64,000 bases of DNA from IMG/VR virus record IMGVR_UViG_3300033074_001347, positions 23,189 to 87,188 of that record; one strand, written 5' to 3'. Position numbers and translations under genes: made by a program. Positions 38,304-46,997 of the stretch are shown piece after piece; within the stretch, counting starts at the first letter, position 1, and every line of letters starts with the position of its first letter. The notes beneath the pieces are model-generated. The model worked only from the letters and a program-made list of their open reading frames with translations, was not told the origin of the DNA and did not search any database. The stretch comes from a virus. Lineage: Duplodnaviria > Caudoviricetes.

Positions 38304-39445
38304 CAGCTTAATACCTCCCCTGTTTGTGGCCCTTGACTAACCAACTCAAATTTTTCACCATACCTACCCGCGCGTAGATAGCGCACACGCGCACCAACAA
38401 TATAACGTCCACTAAACCTATCATAATCACCTCTATATTGTGGTAAGTAAATATCCACAGGGTCAAACAATCGTAAGTCTGTTTGTTCATCAACAATAAC
38501 ATGAATATCAGTTGACCACGTAGATCTTATGCGTTTATTTTGATATTCGGCTAGCTCATATTTACTATGAATATTGCCAGTATTAGGAGCTGTGTAAGGG
38601 GTACGAGTAAAGCCTATCTTTTTTGAGTCCTCACTGTTAATAGTAGTACGGGATACCCTTTTTACACTTAGTTGGTCTTGCTCACTGATTACGCCATCAA
38701 CACCTATTCTATGGTGTTTTACCTGATACCCTGCTGTGTGATTATATAGGGTTGAGCCACTAATAACTTGGTAATCTCTTATTATGTGTCTTTTTACAGT
38801 TGAATTATTATCGGTAGACCCCTCATTAAATCGTGCTTTGGGACTACCAAACGCATACGTAGATAAATTCCTATAATATACCAAGCCTTCCGCATCTACC
38901 CCTAGTACCATACAGCTCAAGTTGTCGGCCCATCCGTGTAAACTTATTTTGTCGGCCCATTTATTATAGTTTAACCTATTTGGATACCATACTTGACTAT
39001 CGGCTGTGGGGTCACACAACGCTTTTAACCCACATTGACTAGCAATATAACTTATGGCTGCACTTGACGTACCTGTAAAAGGTTTTGTAGCCATAGAGTG
39101 TAACCAAAGAGGAGCATTTAAGATAGCATTTATTCGGTATATAATACCTCCATTTGCATACCTGTGTTGTGGCTGACCGAGTATTCGGAACTTTAAGTTT
39201 GGTATTTCCTGCTTTTCTTTATCCTTACCAAACTGAATTTCTATTATTGCTCCATCAACAAGGAGATCTAAATTGGAACTTGTTTCCGATCTATCTTGAT
39301 ATTGTAAGGTCAGTGTGGGAAGAGCCTGTAAATTATTTTCTATAATCAATAAATCCTGTATAGAGCTAGGCGACAAGTTTAGTTCAACACCGTTGATGAC
39401 CACCCTTAAATAATAAACACCTTGAAGCTCAAGAGCCATATTCAC
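38303..39445 (-). CDS. Baseplate hub protein (T4 gp27 / P2 gpD-like)
   Basis: 380 aa at the expected position; LPTLTL.Y.D start and GRYIV..RV...GRYGEKFEL end. Confidence 0.7.
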   Translation of the reverse strand: MNMALELQGVYYLRVVINGVELNLSPSSIQDLLIIENNLQALPTLTLQYQDRSETSSNLDLLVDGAIIEIQFGKDKEKQEIPNLKFRILGQPQHRYANGGIIYRINAILNAPLWLHSMATKPFTGTSSAAISYIASQCGLKALCDPTADSQVWYPNRLNYNKWADKISLHGWADNLSCMVLGVDAEGLVYYRNLSTYAFGSPKARFNEGSTDNNSTVKRHIIRDYQVISGSTLYNHTAGYQVKHHRIGVDGVISEQDQLSVKRVSRTTINSEDSKKIGFTRTPYTAPNTGNIHSKYELAEYQNKRIRSTWSTDIHVIVDEQTDLRLFDPVDIYLPQYRGDYDRFSGRYIVGARVRYLRAGRYGEKFELVSQGPQTGEVLS

Positions 39446-39824
39446 TACTTTTGTTAAAAAATCCTATTGCCTGCCTTTGACCTTTAAAATGTTCATTGGC
39501 AAAACTTTGTGGTTGTATTTGGAAATCTACAGGTAGATCTGTAAATTTTTGTAACCACATAGAAGTGGAAGAGCACACCAAGCTCCATTTAGCATTATGT
39601 TGAAAACTACGTAAGTCTGATTCAGTAAACTCTTTTTTAAATAAGTCATCGCCCATAATCATACGTATATCCACGTCCCTCCAATCAGGTTTTACTAAAG
39701 AGGATCCAACTAAGAAACAACCATAATTATCTGGGTCATTAAACGCACCATATGCCAGGTTTATAATATGGCATGCTTGATTTAATAAGAATACTTTAGG
39801 AGCACCTATATAATCACACTTCAT
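39429..39824 (-). CDS. Minimal DNA pol-beta-superfamily nucleotidyltransferase
   Basis: hVGSS-x5-RDVDIR (GS + DxD) with a later third Asp in LPVDFQ. Confidence 0.7.
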   Translation of the reverse strand: MKCDYIGAPKVFLLNQACHIINLAYGAFNDPDNYGCFLVGSSLVKPDWRDVDIRMIMGDDLFKKEFTESDLRSFQHNAKWSLVCSSTSMWLQKFTDLPVDFQIQPQSFANEHFKGQRQAIGFFNKSSEYGS

Positions 39825-40251
39825 TAGATATACACCTTAACACTTTTGATATGATGCTAGCTTTTATTACAGCGGTGGGAGAAGGACTAAAAACCAAATA
39901 ATTTTTAATTCCTCCTTCATAAATAATCACACTATCATACCCCATGGCTTTTATATCATTTTTTAGTGGTTCTAGTGCTTCCCATGTGTCAGACGCCAAT
40001 TTATTTAAAATTTGAGAGGAGCTCCTATATATTTTACCATCGTAAGGGTCCTCAATTTCTATAACGGCCTTAAATAACTTATCTAAGTGTGATCTTTTTA
40101 AGCTATCAAATGGATTGTATAAATGTAGTATATATCTATACAAATTTTTCCCATAATTCTTTGCAAAGTCCTTGCTACTAGAAAAGAAGGTGTCCTCTTT
40201 GGGCCTATCAAAGATTTTATCAGTTCCATGCCACACATTAACAGTTATCAA
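39814..40251 (-). CDS. ART-PolyVal-like (H-Y-E class) ADP-ribosyltransferase domain
   Basis: WHGT, FFS..K.FA.NY, L.L.NP, GYDSVI and Y.VFSP; TTG start with GAGGA SD. Confidence 0.65.
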   Translation of the reverse strand: MITVNVWHGTDKIFDRPKEDTFFSSSKDFAKNYGKNLYRYILHLYNPFDSLKRSHLDKLFKAVIEIEDPYDGKIYRSSSQILNKLASDTWEALEPLKNDIKAMGYDSVIIYEGGIKNYLVFSPSPTAVIKASIISKVLRCISNEV

Positions 40252-40263
40252 GGTACTAATCCT

Positions 40264-40605
40264 CTATATTGTTGCTATTGTTCCAAATACAGATCTATTT
40301 CTACCTAAATATGCACTTATTTGGTCACGATTAGGTAATTTTAGTAGTGAGCCTACCTTTATTTCTGACGGATGAATATATCCATTATACATAAGTACAA
40401 TCCACCAAATTGTAGTTGTATTATACTCGTTACGACAAATTGTAGTTATAGGTTCTCCCCTATACGTTATCGTACTGTATTTTGTAACGGCTTTTCTCAA
40501 CCCTATAACAGCAGGGCTAAGAGGGTCCTGCCACAGCCCGTTAGACCCTACTTTATGGTGTTCTGTTTGTAAATATTTGGGACTATAATTAGTACTGGTT
40601 TTCAT
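40264..40605 (-). CDS. Baseplate wedge LysM-like protein (T4 gp53 / gpX-like)
   Basis: I....Y....WW.V..YNG..HP..IK.G..LKLP. Confidence 0.8.
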   Translation of the reverse strand: MKTSTNYSPKYLQTEHHKVGSNGLWQDPLSPAVIGLRKAVTKYSTITYRGEPITTICRNEYNTTTIWWIVLMYNGYIHPSEIKVGSLLKLPNRDQISAYLGRNRSVFGTIATI

Positions 40606-41381
40606 TAAAAGCCTCTTATTCTAAGTTGGCTTGCAACTGCACTTGCATCTGCCTGCGTTACATTACCTGAGGAAGACTGCCCTAATGTGACATTACGTTG
40701 TCTTAATGCTGCGGCTATAGCTTTCGCATCTGCATCAGTTATTTGTGATGCATCTCCAATTGTACCTCCAATATTACCTAGAGGTGGACCGCTCAGCATA
40801 TTTATTATTTGTTTCTGATACAACATCTTTGCTGCCAATATTCTGACCTGTGCTCCAACCGCAATGGGAACACCTTCTGGTGTAAATCTACTTTCAAATT
40901 CTGGGGCAACCGATTCAATAATAACGTCGTCTAAGTAGGCTAGTTTGCCTATTGACATACTTATCTTGTATTTAGGGTCATTGAGGCCAGAAGGGTGTCT
41001 AATAACACTAATACCATCTGTAACAATAGCTTCTGGTACTGATAGGGCTAAAAGAGACCTTATAGGATTCATTACGTCGTTTGTGGCGTTGCTTTTATAT
41101 ATGAACTTTATATTCAGGTCAAAGGATATTGGGTCAGTGCGTTGGTATACTAATTGCGTCATTTCATCGCCTCCCTTTACAGAGAAGCCTGCTATTTTGG
41201 ACAATGAGTCCGCAACTCCTACCGCTGCTCCACCTATACCTCCTGTAGCCTCCCCTATGAGGTCTAATACTGACTTGTAGGAATTACTCACAGTCATACC
41301 AAAGCTATTAGGAAGATTACCTATAACGGTATAAAATTCATTTTTTATAGTTATTCTATAGTTGACATTATTAGTTGTCAT
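40605..41381 (-). CDS. Tail tube initiator / baseplate-tube junction-like protein
   Basis: Position after the tape measure genes; tube-like beta pattern. The C-terminal tail carries a twice-repeated T-x-ADA-x-A-h-A-x-x-LR-x-R motif. Confidence 0.55.
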   Translation of the reverse strand: MTTNNVNYRITIKNEFYTVIGNLPNSFGMTVSNSYKSVLDLIGEATGGIGGAAVGVADSLSKIAGFSVKGGDEMTQLVYQRTDPISFDLNIKFIYKSNATNDVMNPIRSLLALSVPEAIVTDGISVIRHPSGLNDPKYKISMSIGKLAYLDDVIIESVAPEFESRFTPEGVPIAVGAQVRILAAKMLYQKQIINMLSGPPLGNIGGTIGDASQITDADAKAIAAALRQRNVTLGQSSSGNVTQADASAVASQLRIRGF

Positions 41382-42638
41382 TTAAAATACCCCCGGATGA
41401 GAAACTAATATTAACCCATTTTGCAATACTACTGGTCCGTCATTAGTGCCTATGCTACCAGTATTCATACTAAATTGTTGGGGCTTTATCTTTTGCGTAG
41501 GTGTTTCTTCAACAGGAATTGCATCGGGAGCCACTATTTTTTCCGACTCAGGTAGTTCTAATCTAGGGCTGGTCATTGTCAAAGTTTTTGTCTCTACTGT
41601 CAACGGATTTGTTAGTTTGGAAATCCTTAGGTTGGTACTAGCGCTAGAATTTGTAGTTATATTAGTAGATCCCGTATTTATGTTAGGGCCTGCTAAATTC
41701 GTCACACTGGTAGAAGAAGAGGGTGAAACAGTACCAGAAGTTCCCTCCACTTTGTTAATACCTGTGCCAAGGCTTGCAGTGCTAGCTATATTTTTTACCG
41801 TACTACCTGTATTTATTTGCGTATTATTTTGGGACTTCATAATAACAGAAGTGGTATTAGTAGTACTAATTGTGGTAGTAGGTGCAGAAGAAGTAGTAGT
41901 GACTTCATTAGAATAGGCAGATTGAACAGGAGTTACTACAGAGGGTAATACTGTGCCGATAATACTTTTTATTATTGGTAGGTTAAATATCCAGCTACTT
42001 ACGTCCTTTACGACCCCGACAGTTTTTTTAAGAAAATCCCATAAATACCCAAACTTTTCTGTTATCCATCTCACGGCTTTTGATATTACCTCTGTAGCCT
42101 TCGGTAGCCCCCAATCCATAAAATCTGTTAATGCAACAAATCCAGCACCAAGGGTTCCGCCAATCAACGCTCCCCAAGGACCCCCAAACTGAGCCCCTAT
42201 TAAGGCTCCGCCTACAGCCCCTTTACCATAATCCCCTAATTTGGAATCGGTGAGTGAAAACTTGCCTTCCTTATTCTCATAAAAATGAGGATTACTATCA
42301 TGTTCATTAACAGAACTAGCCCCTGACAGTGCCAGTAGGGCGCCTGCCGTAGTATACGCGGCTTTTGTAAGTATTTTATCAAGGGCACCCCACCCCTGCA
42401 TTAAGTGTTCTTTGACACTATCAAATAGCTTGGTAAACCATCTCCATGTTTTTTGCCATATATTAGGAGGGTCACGCATATCCTCAATTATGCCATTTAA
42501 CTTTAACAGAGTATTACTAAGCCTAGATGATGTAGGTCTAAGTACACTGTTTACAGTTTTTATAGTTTCTATTATTGTACGTTTGTCTGCCCTTGCAGTT
42601 AATATGTCTCTAGCTGACCACGCTAATTTTAACCACAT
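41382..42638 (-). CDS. Second tape-measure-like protein (glycine zipper, T/S-rich C-terminus)
   Basis: GAVGGALIGAQFGGPWGALIGG zipper followed by Trp-periodic helices; paralogous segment with the upstream gene. Confidence 0.55.
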   Translation of the reverse strand: MWLKLAWSARDILTARADKRTIIETIKTVNSVLRPTSSRLSNTLLKLNGIIEDMRDPPNIWQKTWRWFTKLFDSVKEHLMQGWGALDKILTKAAYTTAGALLALSGASSVNEHDSNPHFYENKEGKFSLTDSKLGDYGKGAVGGALIGAQFGGPWGALIGGTLGAGFVALTDFMDWGLPKATEVISKAVRWITEKFGYLWDFLKKTVGVVKDVSSWIFNLPIIKSIIGTVLPSVVTPVQSAYSNEVTTTSSAPTTTISTTNTTSVIMKSQNNTQINTGSTVKNIASTASLGTGINKVEGTSGTVSPSSSTSVTNLAGPNINTGSTNITTNSSASTNLRISKLTNPLTVETKTLTMTSPRLELPESEKIVAPDAIPVEETPTQKIKPQQFSMNTGSIGTNDGPVVLQNGLILVSHPGVF

Positions 42639-44830
42639 TATGCCAGCCGCCCGTTAATTAGAGCCATTTGAATATCCTGATTTATAATAGGTATAGAACT
42701 AATATTGTTAGTACCTACTTGTTCTGACTGCCCTGCCCCAGAGGTTTGTTTCGGTTTTATAGGCTTGGCCATAACTGTATAATCAGGTACTCTATCTACC
42801 AAAGTTTGTCTAGGGCCGGTCGTGTTTGCAACATTAACAGGGCTAGTTACCTTAGGTGTTGGCTTTTCATTAGCACTAGCCGCCTTTGTTAATATAGCTT
42901 CTTCCGTGGCAAACCTATTAGCTACGCCCTGTTTAACGGCTTCACTGCTGCTTTTAAAGTATTTATCAACATCAGACCTCTCAGCATAAACTGCTTTTAT
43001 AACATCAACGTCAGACATCGTGGAGGCATCTTTTCCCTCTAGTGCCCTAGCAATAATTCGTGCCGCCCCTTTAGGCCCATGTTGAACCCCCATAGACCAT
43101 ACCATCTCTGTTATGGCTCTACTGCGATTAGCATTTAGACCGTATTTTGCGGCGCTGGCCGCTACAGGGTCAAAGTGGGTTTCTTTTATATATTGGTGTT
43201 GTAATTCTTCAAACTTAGGATTTTTTGCAAGGCTTTTCCATGTGGCAATAAATGTGGGATCGCCTGCCTGTGCTGCCGTAGCACCTCCCGCGTCAGCCAG
43301 CTTACTATAGGAGTCTTTATCATGTGAACTTAACCATGATAAAAACTTACTCATAGAACCATTTTTCGTTGCTATTTGATAAGTGCCATATGATTTACCA
43401 CCGGCATCCCCTTTGCCTCCGCTAACAGTACCAGAGTCTTTGGAGCTCTCAAACATAGCACTAAGAGAACCTACCCCTGTATCTACCCATTTACGGGCAC
43501 CTGCTAAACCTTTTCTGGTTCCTGAGTATGCAGTTTTTACACCGCTAACGGTAGCCGCACCTGCCGTTTTGGCAACTTTGTATGCTTTTCTTGCAACCCT
43601 CGGTACTTTAGATGAGACCCATCTTACTACAGAACCTATCCATGTTAAAGCCGTAGAACCCCACTCAGTTAGCTTGCCAAGCCCTGTCTTAAACATTTCA
43701 AATTCTTTTTTATATATGTCGAATACCCCATGGTCGTCTAACCACTTAGCACCTGTTTTCAACCCGTTCCACACTGCCCCAAATTTTTCAGCCGCCCAGT
43801 TAATACCTTTACTCAACATTTGGGCAGCCTTTTCCATGCCTTTTTGTATATAGGGAACAGAGCCCTTTAATGCCTCTGTTAATTCTGGGCCAAAAGCTGC
43901 CATGGCACCACCAATAACGGCACCTACTGCCGCCCCGGCAGGGCCTCCTACCATAAAACCTATTTGACCGCCTGCCATAGCACCACCTATACCTCTTTGT
44001 AGATGGCCACCTACTCCCTTATCCTCCCAAGCATCTGCTACTAAACCGGCACCGGCTATAGCAGGAGTAAATTTTAGACCTGCTTTTAATAATTTTGGTG
44101 TGAATTTTACTAATTGTTTGCTGAATGCTCCTATGGTAGTTGCTACGCCAGCAATACCCTTTGAAAGACCTTTAAACGAAAAATTAAATCCACCTACCTT
44201 ATTCTTTAGGCTATCAGCCCATCTTTCCAGCCATCTCTTTTCTTTTAGCCTACGTTGCTCTCTACGACCTGTTAGCTTGTCAGCCAACTTGGAAAGCGTT
44301 TTGGTAGAGGACTCTAATTCATAACTTACATCAGATATGTTATAGGAGTAATCTTCAGTAGTTTGTAGTAACTTTAATAGCTTTTTATTAGCACGCCTTG
44401 TAGGACTAAATTGTGACTCAAATTGACCTCTCCTATTTCTCTTTATAGGGCGGTCCTCTAGTAAGTGTTCTTTATAGTCGTGTACAGCCTTCTTTATTAT
44501 ACCGGCAACGGTGATTTTTCTTAGACCTAATAATTCTTTTAGGTTAGGTTTATCCTTGTCATCTACCTTACCTTCAAGTATATCTAATTTTCTCTGTAGT
44601 TGTTCTTTATACCTATTAGTTTTCTTTTCTAGGTTTATTGCTTGCTTATAATATAAGCCCAAGTTTTTGGAATTTTGGTCTAGTCGTTGTGTAATGCCTT
44701 TTAGACGTGCCTTTAGAGTCTCACTTGAGGGAAACTTTTTAAGCTTATTTTCAATATTAAATATTTCAGCCTTGTCTCTTTTAGTTTGTTCCTCAAGGCT
44801 GAATATTATATTACGTAGACCTTTGGCCAT
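42638..44830 (-). CDS. Tape measure protein with a VgrG3-C-like lysozyme domain
   Basis: Coiled coil, glycine zipper and Trp periodicity; SLSAMFES...GDAGGKSYGTYQ muramidase motif. Confidence 0.75.
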   Translation of the reverse strand: MAKGLRNIIFSLEEQTKRDKAEIFNIENKLKKFPSSETLKARLKGITQRLDQNSKNLGLYYKQAINLEKKTNRYKEQLQRKLDILEGKVDDKDKPNLKELLGLRKITVAGIIKKAVHDYKEHLLEDRPIKRNRRGQFESQFSPTRRANKKLLKLLQTTEDYSYNISDVSYELESSTKTLSKLADKLTGRREQRRLKEKRWLERWADSLKNKVGGFNFSFKGLSKGIAGVATTIGAFSKQLVKFTPKLLKAGLKFTPAIAGAGLVADAWEDKGVGGHLQRGIGGAMAGGQIGFMVGGPAGAAVGAVIGGAMAAFGPELTEALKGSVPYIQKGMEKAAQMLSKGINWAAEKFGAVWNGLKTGAKWLDDHGVFDIYKKEFEMFKTGLGKLTEWGSTALTWIGSVVRWVSSKVPRVARKAYKVAKTAGAATVSGVKTAYSGTRKGLAGARKWVDTGVGSLSAMFESSKDSGTVSGGKGDAGGKSYGTYQIATKNGSMSKFLSWLSSHDKDSYSKLADAGGATAAQAGDPTFIATWKSLAKNPKFEELQHQYIKETHFDPVAASAAKYGLNANRSRAITEMVWSMGVQHGPKGAARIIARALEGKDASTMSDVDVIKAVYAERSDVDKYFKSSSEAVKQGVANRFATEEAILTKAASANEKPTPKVTSPVNVANTTGPRQTLVDRVPDYTVMAKPIKPKQTSGAGQSEQVGTNNISSIPIINQDIQMALINGRLA

Positions 44831-44834
44831 TATC

Positions 44835-45008
44835 CTAGTATTTTCCCTTTTGTGCGTCTGCTGTTTTACGTTTTATTAAATCTGCTAATAAATACTGGTT
44901 ATATCCGAATAACTGGTAAGCCAACCAATCATCGCGCACATCTATTTTAAAATGCACGGTTATACCATATTTTATTTCTATTAACTGCTCTATACTATAT
45001 AATGGAAA
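44835..45008 (-). CDS. Start-less 57-codon +1-frame extension of the tail assembly chaperone (GT-like product)
   Basis: Hand translation FPLYSIEQLIEIKYGITVHFKIDVRDDWLAYQLFGYNQYLLADLIKRKTADAQKGKY*; ends 4 nt before the tape measure ATG. Confidence 0.65.
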   Translation of the reverse strand, partial: FPLYSIEQLIEIKYGITVHFKIDVRDDWLAYQLFGYNQYLLADLIKRKTADAQKGKY

Positions 45009-45912
45009 GAAAGGTGTCGGCGCTGATACTTGTTTTTAGTTCTTCAGGCTCAGCGACTACCTCCTTTCCTTCATCTATCGATGTTCTGATTTTATCAAGC
45101 TCTTCCTTTAGAAGTTGCACTTCTCTATTAACCATGATTGCATCAGCTTGCCTACCATTACGCGCAAACATATCGGCATCATCAGACAAATCAAATATTG
45201 TTTGCTCAAGTCTCTCTATATATTTGTTAGGGTCAAACTTGGCATCAACAACTTTTACAATCTCGTCAACCCCGTGGTGTACAAGGTCTTTCCACTCTTT
45301 TAGGTCTTCATACCATAGAAGTTCTTTATCTGCCAGCTCTTTTAATTTTTGTTCTACAGGTGTATTCCAATGACCATACCACTGTACGTTTTGGTCATCA
45401 AGAATATCGGCTTTAACACCCTTTTGTTCTTTTGTACCCTTCAAGGACTCAATATACTCCATGTCTGCTACACGGGGTATGGCATATCCCTTTGATGACC
45501 ATTCTTCATATTGTTCTTTTGTTAACTTGGTTTCTACTATTTTTAGATTAGACTCATTAACTACTACGTCGTTTGTATTGCCGTATTTAGATACATAAGA
45601 AAATTTAAGTGGTGATTTCACATAACTATGAATACGTTCCCAATATAAAATGAATATAAAGTCCCCGATTGTTAATTCCCTAACATTTCTATTTATACAC
45701 CCACCAATAACATCAATAATTACTTTTAATCCCTGCTCACGAGCATATGCAAGCTTTTGCAGATCCCCTACTCTAAAGGGTCTTATATATAGATTATCCC
45801 AATCATAAGACACAAAATTGGAGGGTAGGCCTCCAATATCTATCATACCATTAGGAGCAACTATCGGTCTATCGCCTATAGTTTGTTGTTGTGTTATCAC
45901 AGAAGTCACCAT
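44995..45912 (-). CDS. Tail assembly chaperone / T4 gp26-like hub assembly protein
   Basis: LPSNF..Y....LYIRPFRV.D and LT.GDF..IL.W.RIHSY; lies between the tube and tape measure genes. Confidence 0.7.
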   Translation of the reverse strand: MVTSVITQQQTIGDRPIVAPNGMIDIGGLPSNFVSYDWDNLYIRPFRVGDLQKLAYAREQGLKVIIDVIGGCINRNVRELTIGDFIFILYWERIHSYVKSPLKFSYVSKYGNTNDVVVNESNLKIVETKLTKEQYEEWSSKGYAIPRVADMEYIESLKGTKEQKGVKADILDDQNVQWYGHWNTPVEQKLKELADKELLWYEDLKEWKDLVHHGVDEIVKVVDAKFDPNKYIERLEQTIFDLSDDADMFARNGRQADAIMVNREVQLLKEELDKIRTSIDEGKEVVAEPEELKTSISADTFLSII

Positions 45913-45927
45913 TTATTTAGTCCTTTT

Positions 45928-46461
45928 TTATTGGATTGAGATGTTATCTACATTAAGTTGTACACCATAAGTTATATTTGTACTATTTCTATGTTCTAGC
46001 GAGATGTGGTCAATAGAGCTTAGCCAACAGCCTACCAATTTCATTGTTAATTTGGGAGTAGTATGACTAGCAGTGTCATGCAGGTTACAATAAATAGTTT
46101 TCTTGAATATACTAGGATTACCATAATCACCATTATAATCTCTTACTAATAATGACCACGTTGTAAGATACTTAATAGTAGTATAGGATGAGTCCTCATA
46201 CATTGTCAGATTGGCATTTAATGACCCTGTTTCAGAAGGCATATTAAATGTTTGTGATGCTTCTACAAAAGAATATGAATCAAAGTTATATTGAGGTATG
46301 GTAACGGCTTCAACATAACCCCTAGGTATATCTAATACTACTTTGAATCCCGGAGGAACAGCGGTGGGTGGATTTAATAAGGGAGGCATATCAACCACCC
46401 ACCGCCACGCTGGCGCAGGATCTTTACGATTTCTTACTGCTGATTGACTTAGTAGAGACAT
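45928..46461 (-). CDS. Tail tube-like protein (second tube paralogue, gp48/gp54-like)
   Basis: Same strand pattern as the adjacent tube gene (V.IP, W...V, L.G.W, ..L.VD). Confidence 0.65.
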   Translation of the reverse strand: MSLLSQSAVRNRKDPAPAWRWVVDMPPLLNPPTAVPPGFKVVLDIPRGYVEAVTIPQYNFDSYSFVEASQTFNMPSETGSLNANLTMYEDSSYTTIKYLTTWSLLVRDYNGDYGNPSIFKKTIYCNLHDTASHTTPKLTMKLVGCWLSSIDHISLEHRNSTNITYGVQLNVDNISIQ

Positions 46462-46462
46462 A

Positions 46463-46987
46463 CTATATTGAGGTTCTCAAGCTTGATTCATTATAGTCAA
46501 AGCTAAATGAAGCGGTTATTAAAAGAGGACCACTATTGTTGGAGTCTAGCTGTGCAGTGTCAATATTCTCTGGGAATACACCATAAAGGGTATGTAGGCC
46601 AGCGGTTTTACCCGTGGTATCAAACACTTCAAGTTCTACCCTTTCAACAGAATATACAATTTTATACCCTAAAGAGCTACCAGATTTAGTACCAACTACC
46701 GCTTCATGCCATCTTTGTAGAGTTTGTAGTGTGCGACCACCAGCTACTTCTACAAAGGTTGCACTAAACGTATGTTCTGATTTTCTAGCACCACGATATT
46801 TGCTAGTATGGCCATTGAGTTTTACCTCAAAAGCCTCATTACCAACTCCCGGTAGTTGTACCTGTTGGCATCTGATAGTTAATTCTCTATCAACCCCTAC
46901 TAAGGGAATAATAGGAAAGCGCAATTCATAACGATCTACCGACAGTACATCTGGTATTGAGCGCGTGTCTTCTAATCTAATCGGCAT
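46463..46987 (-). CDS. Tail tube protein (T4 gp19-like)
   Basis: CQ.VQLPG, F.ATFVE, LQRWHE..VG, LYGVFP.NID and ASFSFD; directly after the sheath. Confidence 0.85.
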   Translation of the reverse strand: MPIRLEDTRSIPDVLSVDRYELRFPIIPLVGVDRELTIRCQQVQLPGVGNEAFEVKLNGHTSKYRGARKSEHTFSATFVEVAGGRTLQTLQRWHEAVVGTKSGSSLGYKIVYSVERVELEVFDTTGKTAGLHTLYGVFPENIDTAQLDSNNSGPLLITASFSFDYNESSLRTSI

Positions 46988-46997
46988 TTATTTACTC

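Noticed and set aside
44950-44997. Stop-codon reassignment or TAG readthrough at the chaperone stop
   Set aside because: Readthrough adds only 15 residues before a TAA. Conserved genes across the window are intact under code 11 and many end at TAG at the expected place.
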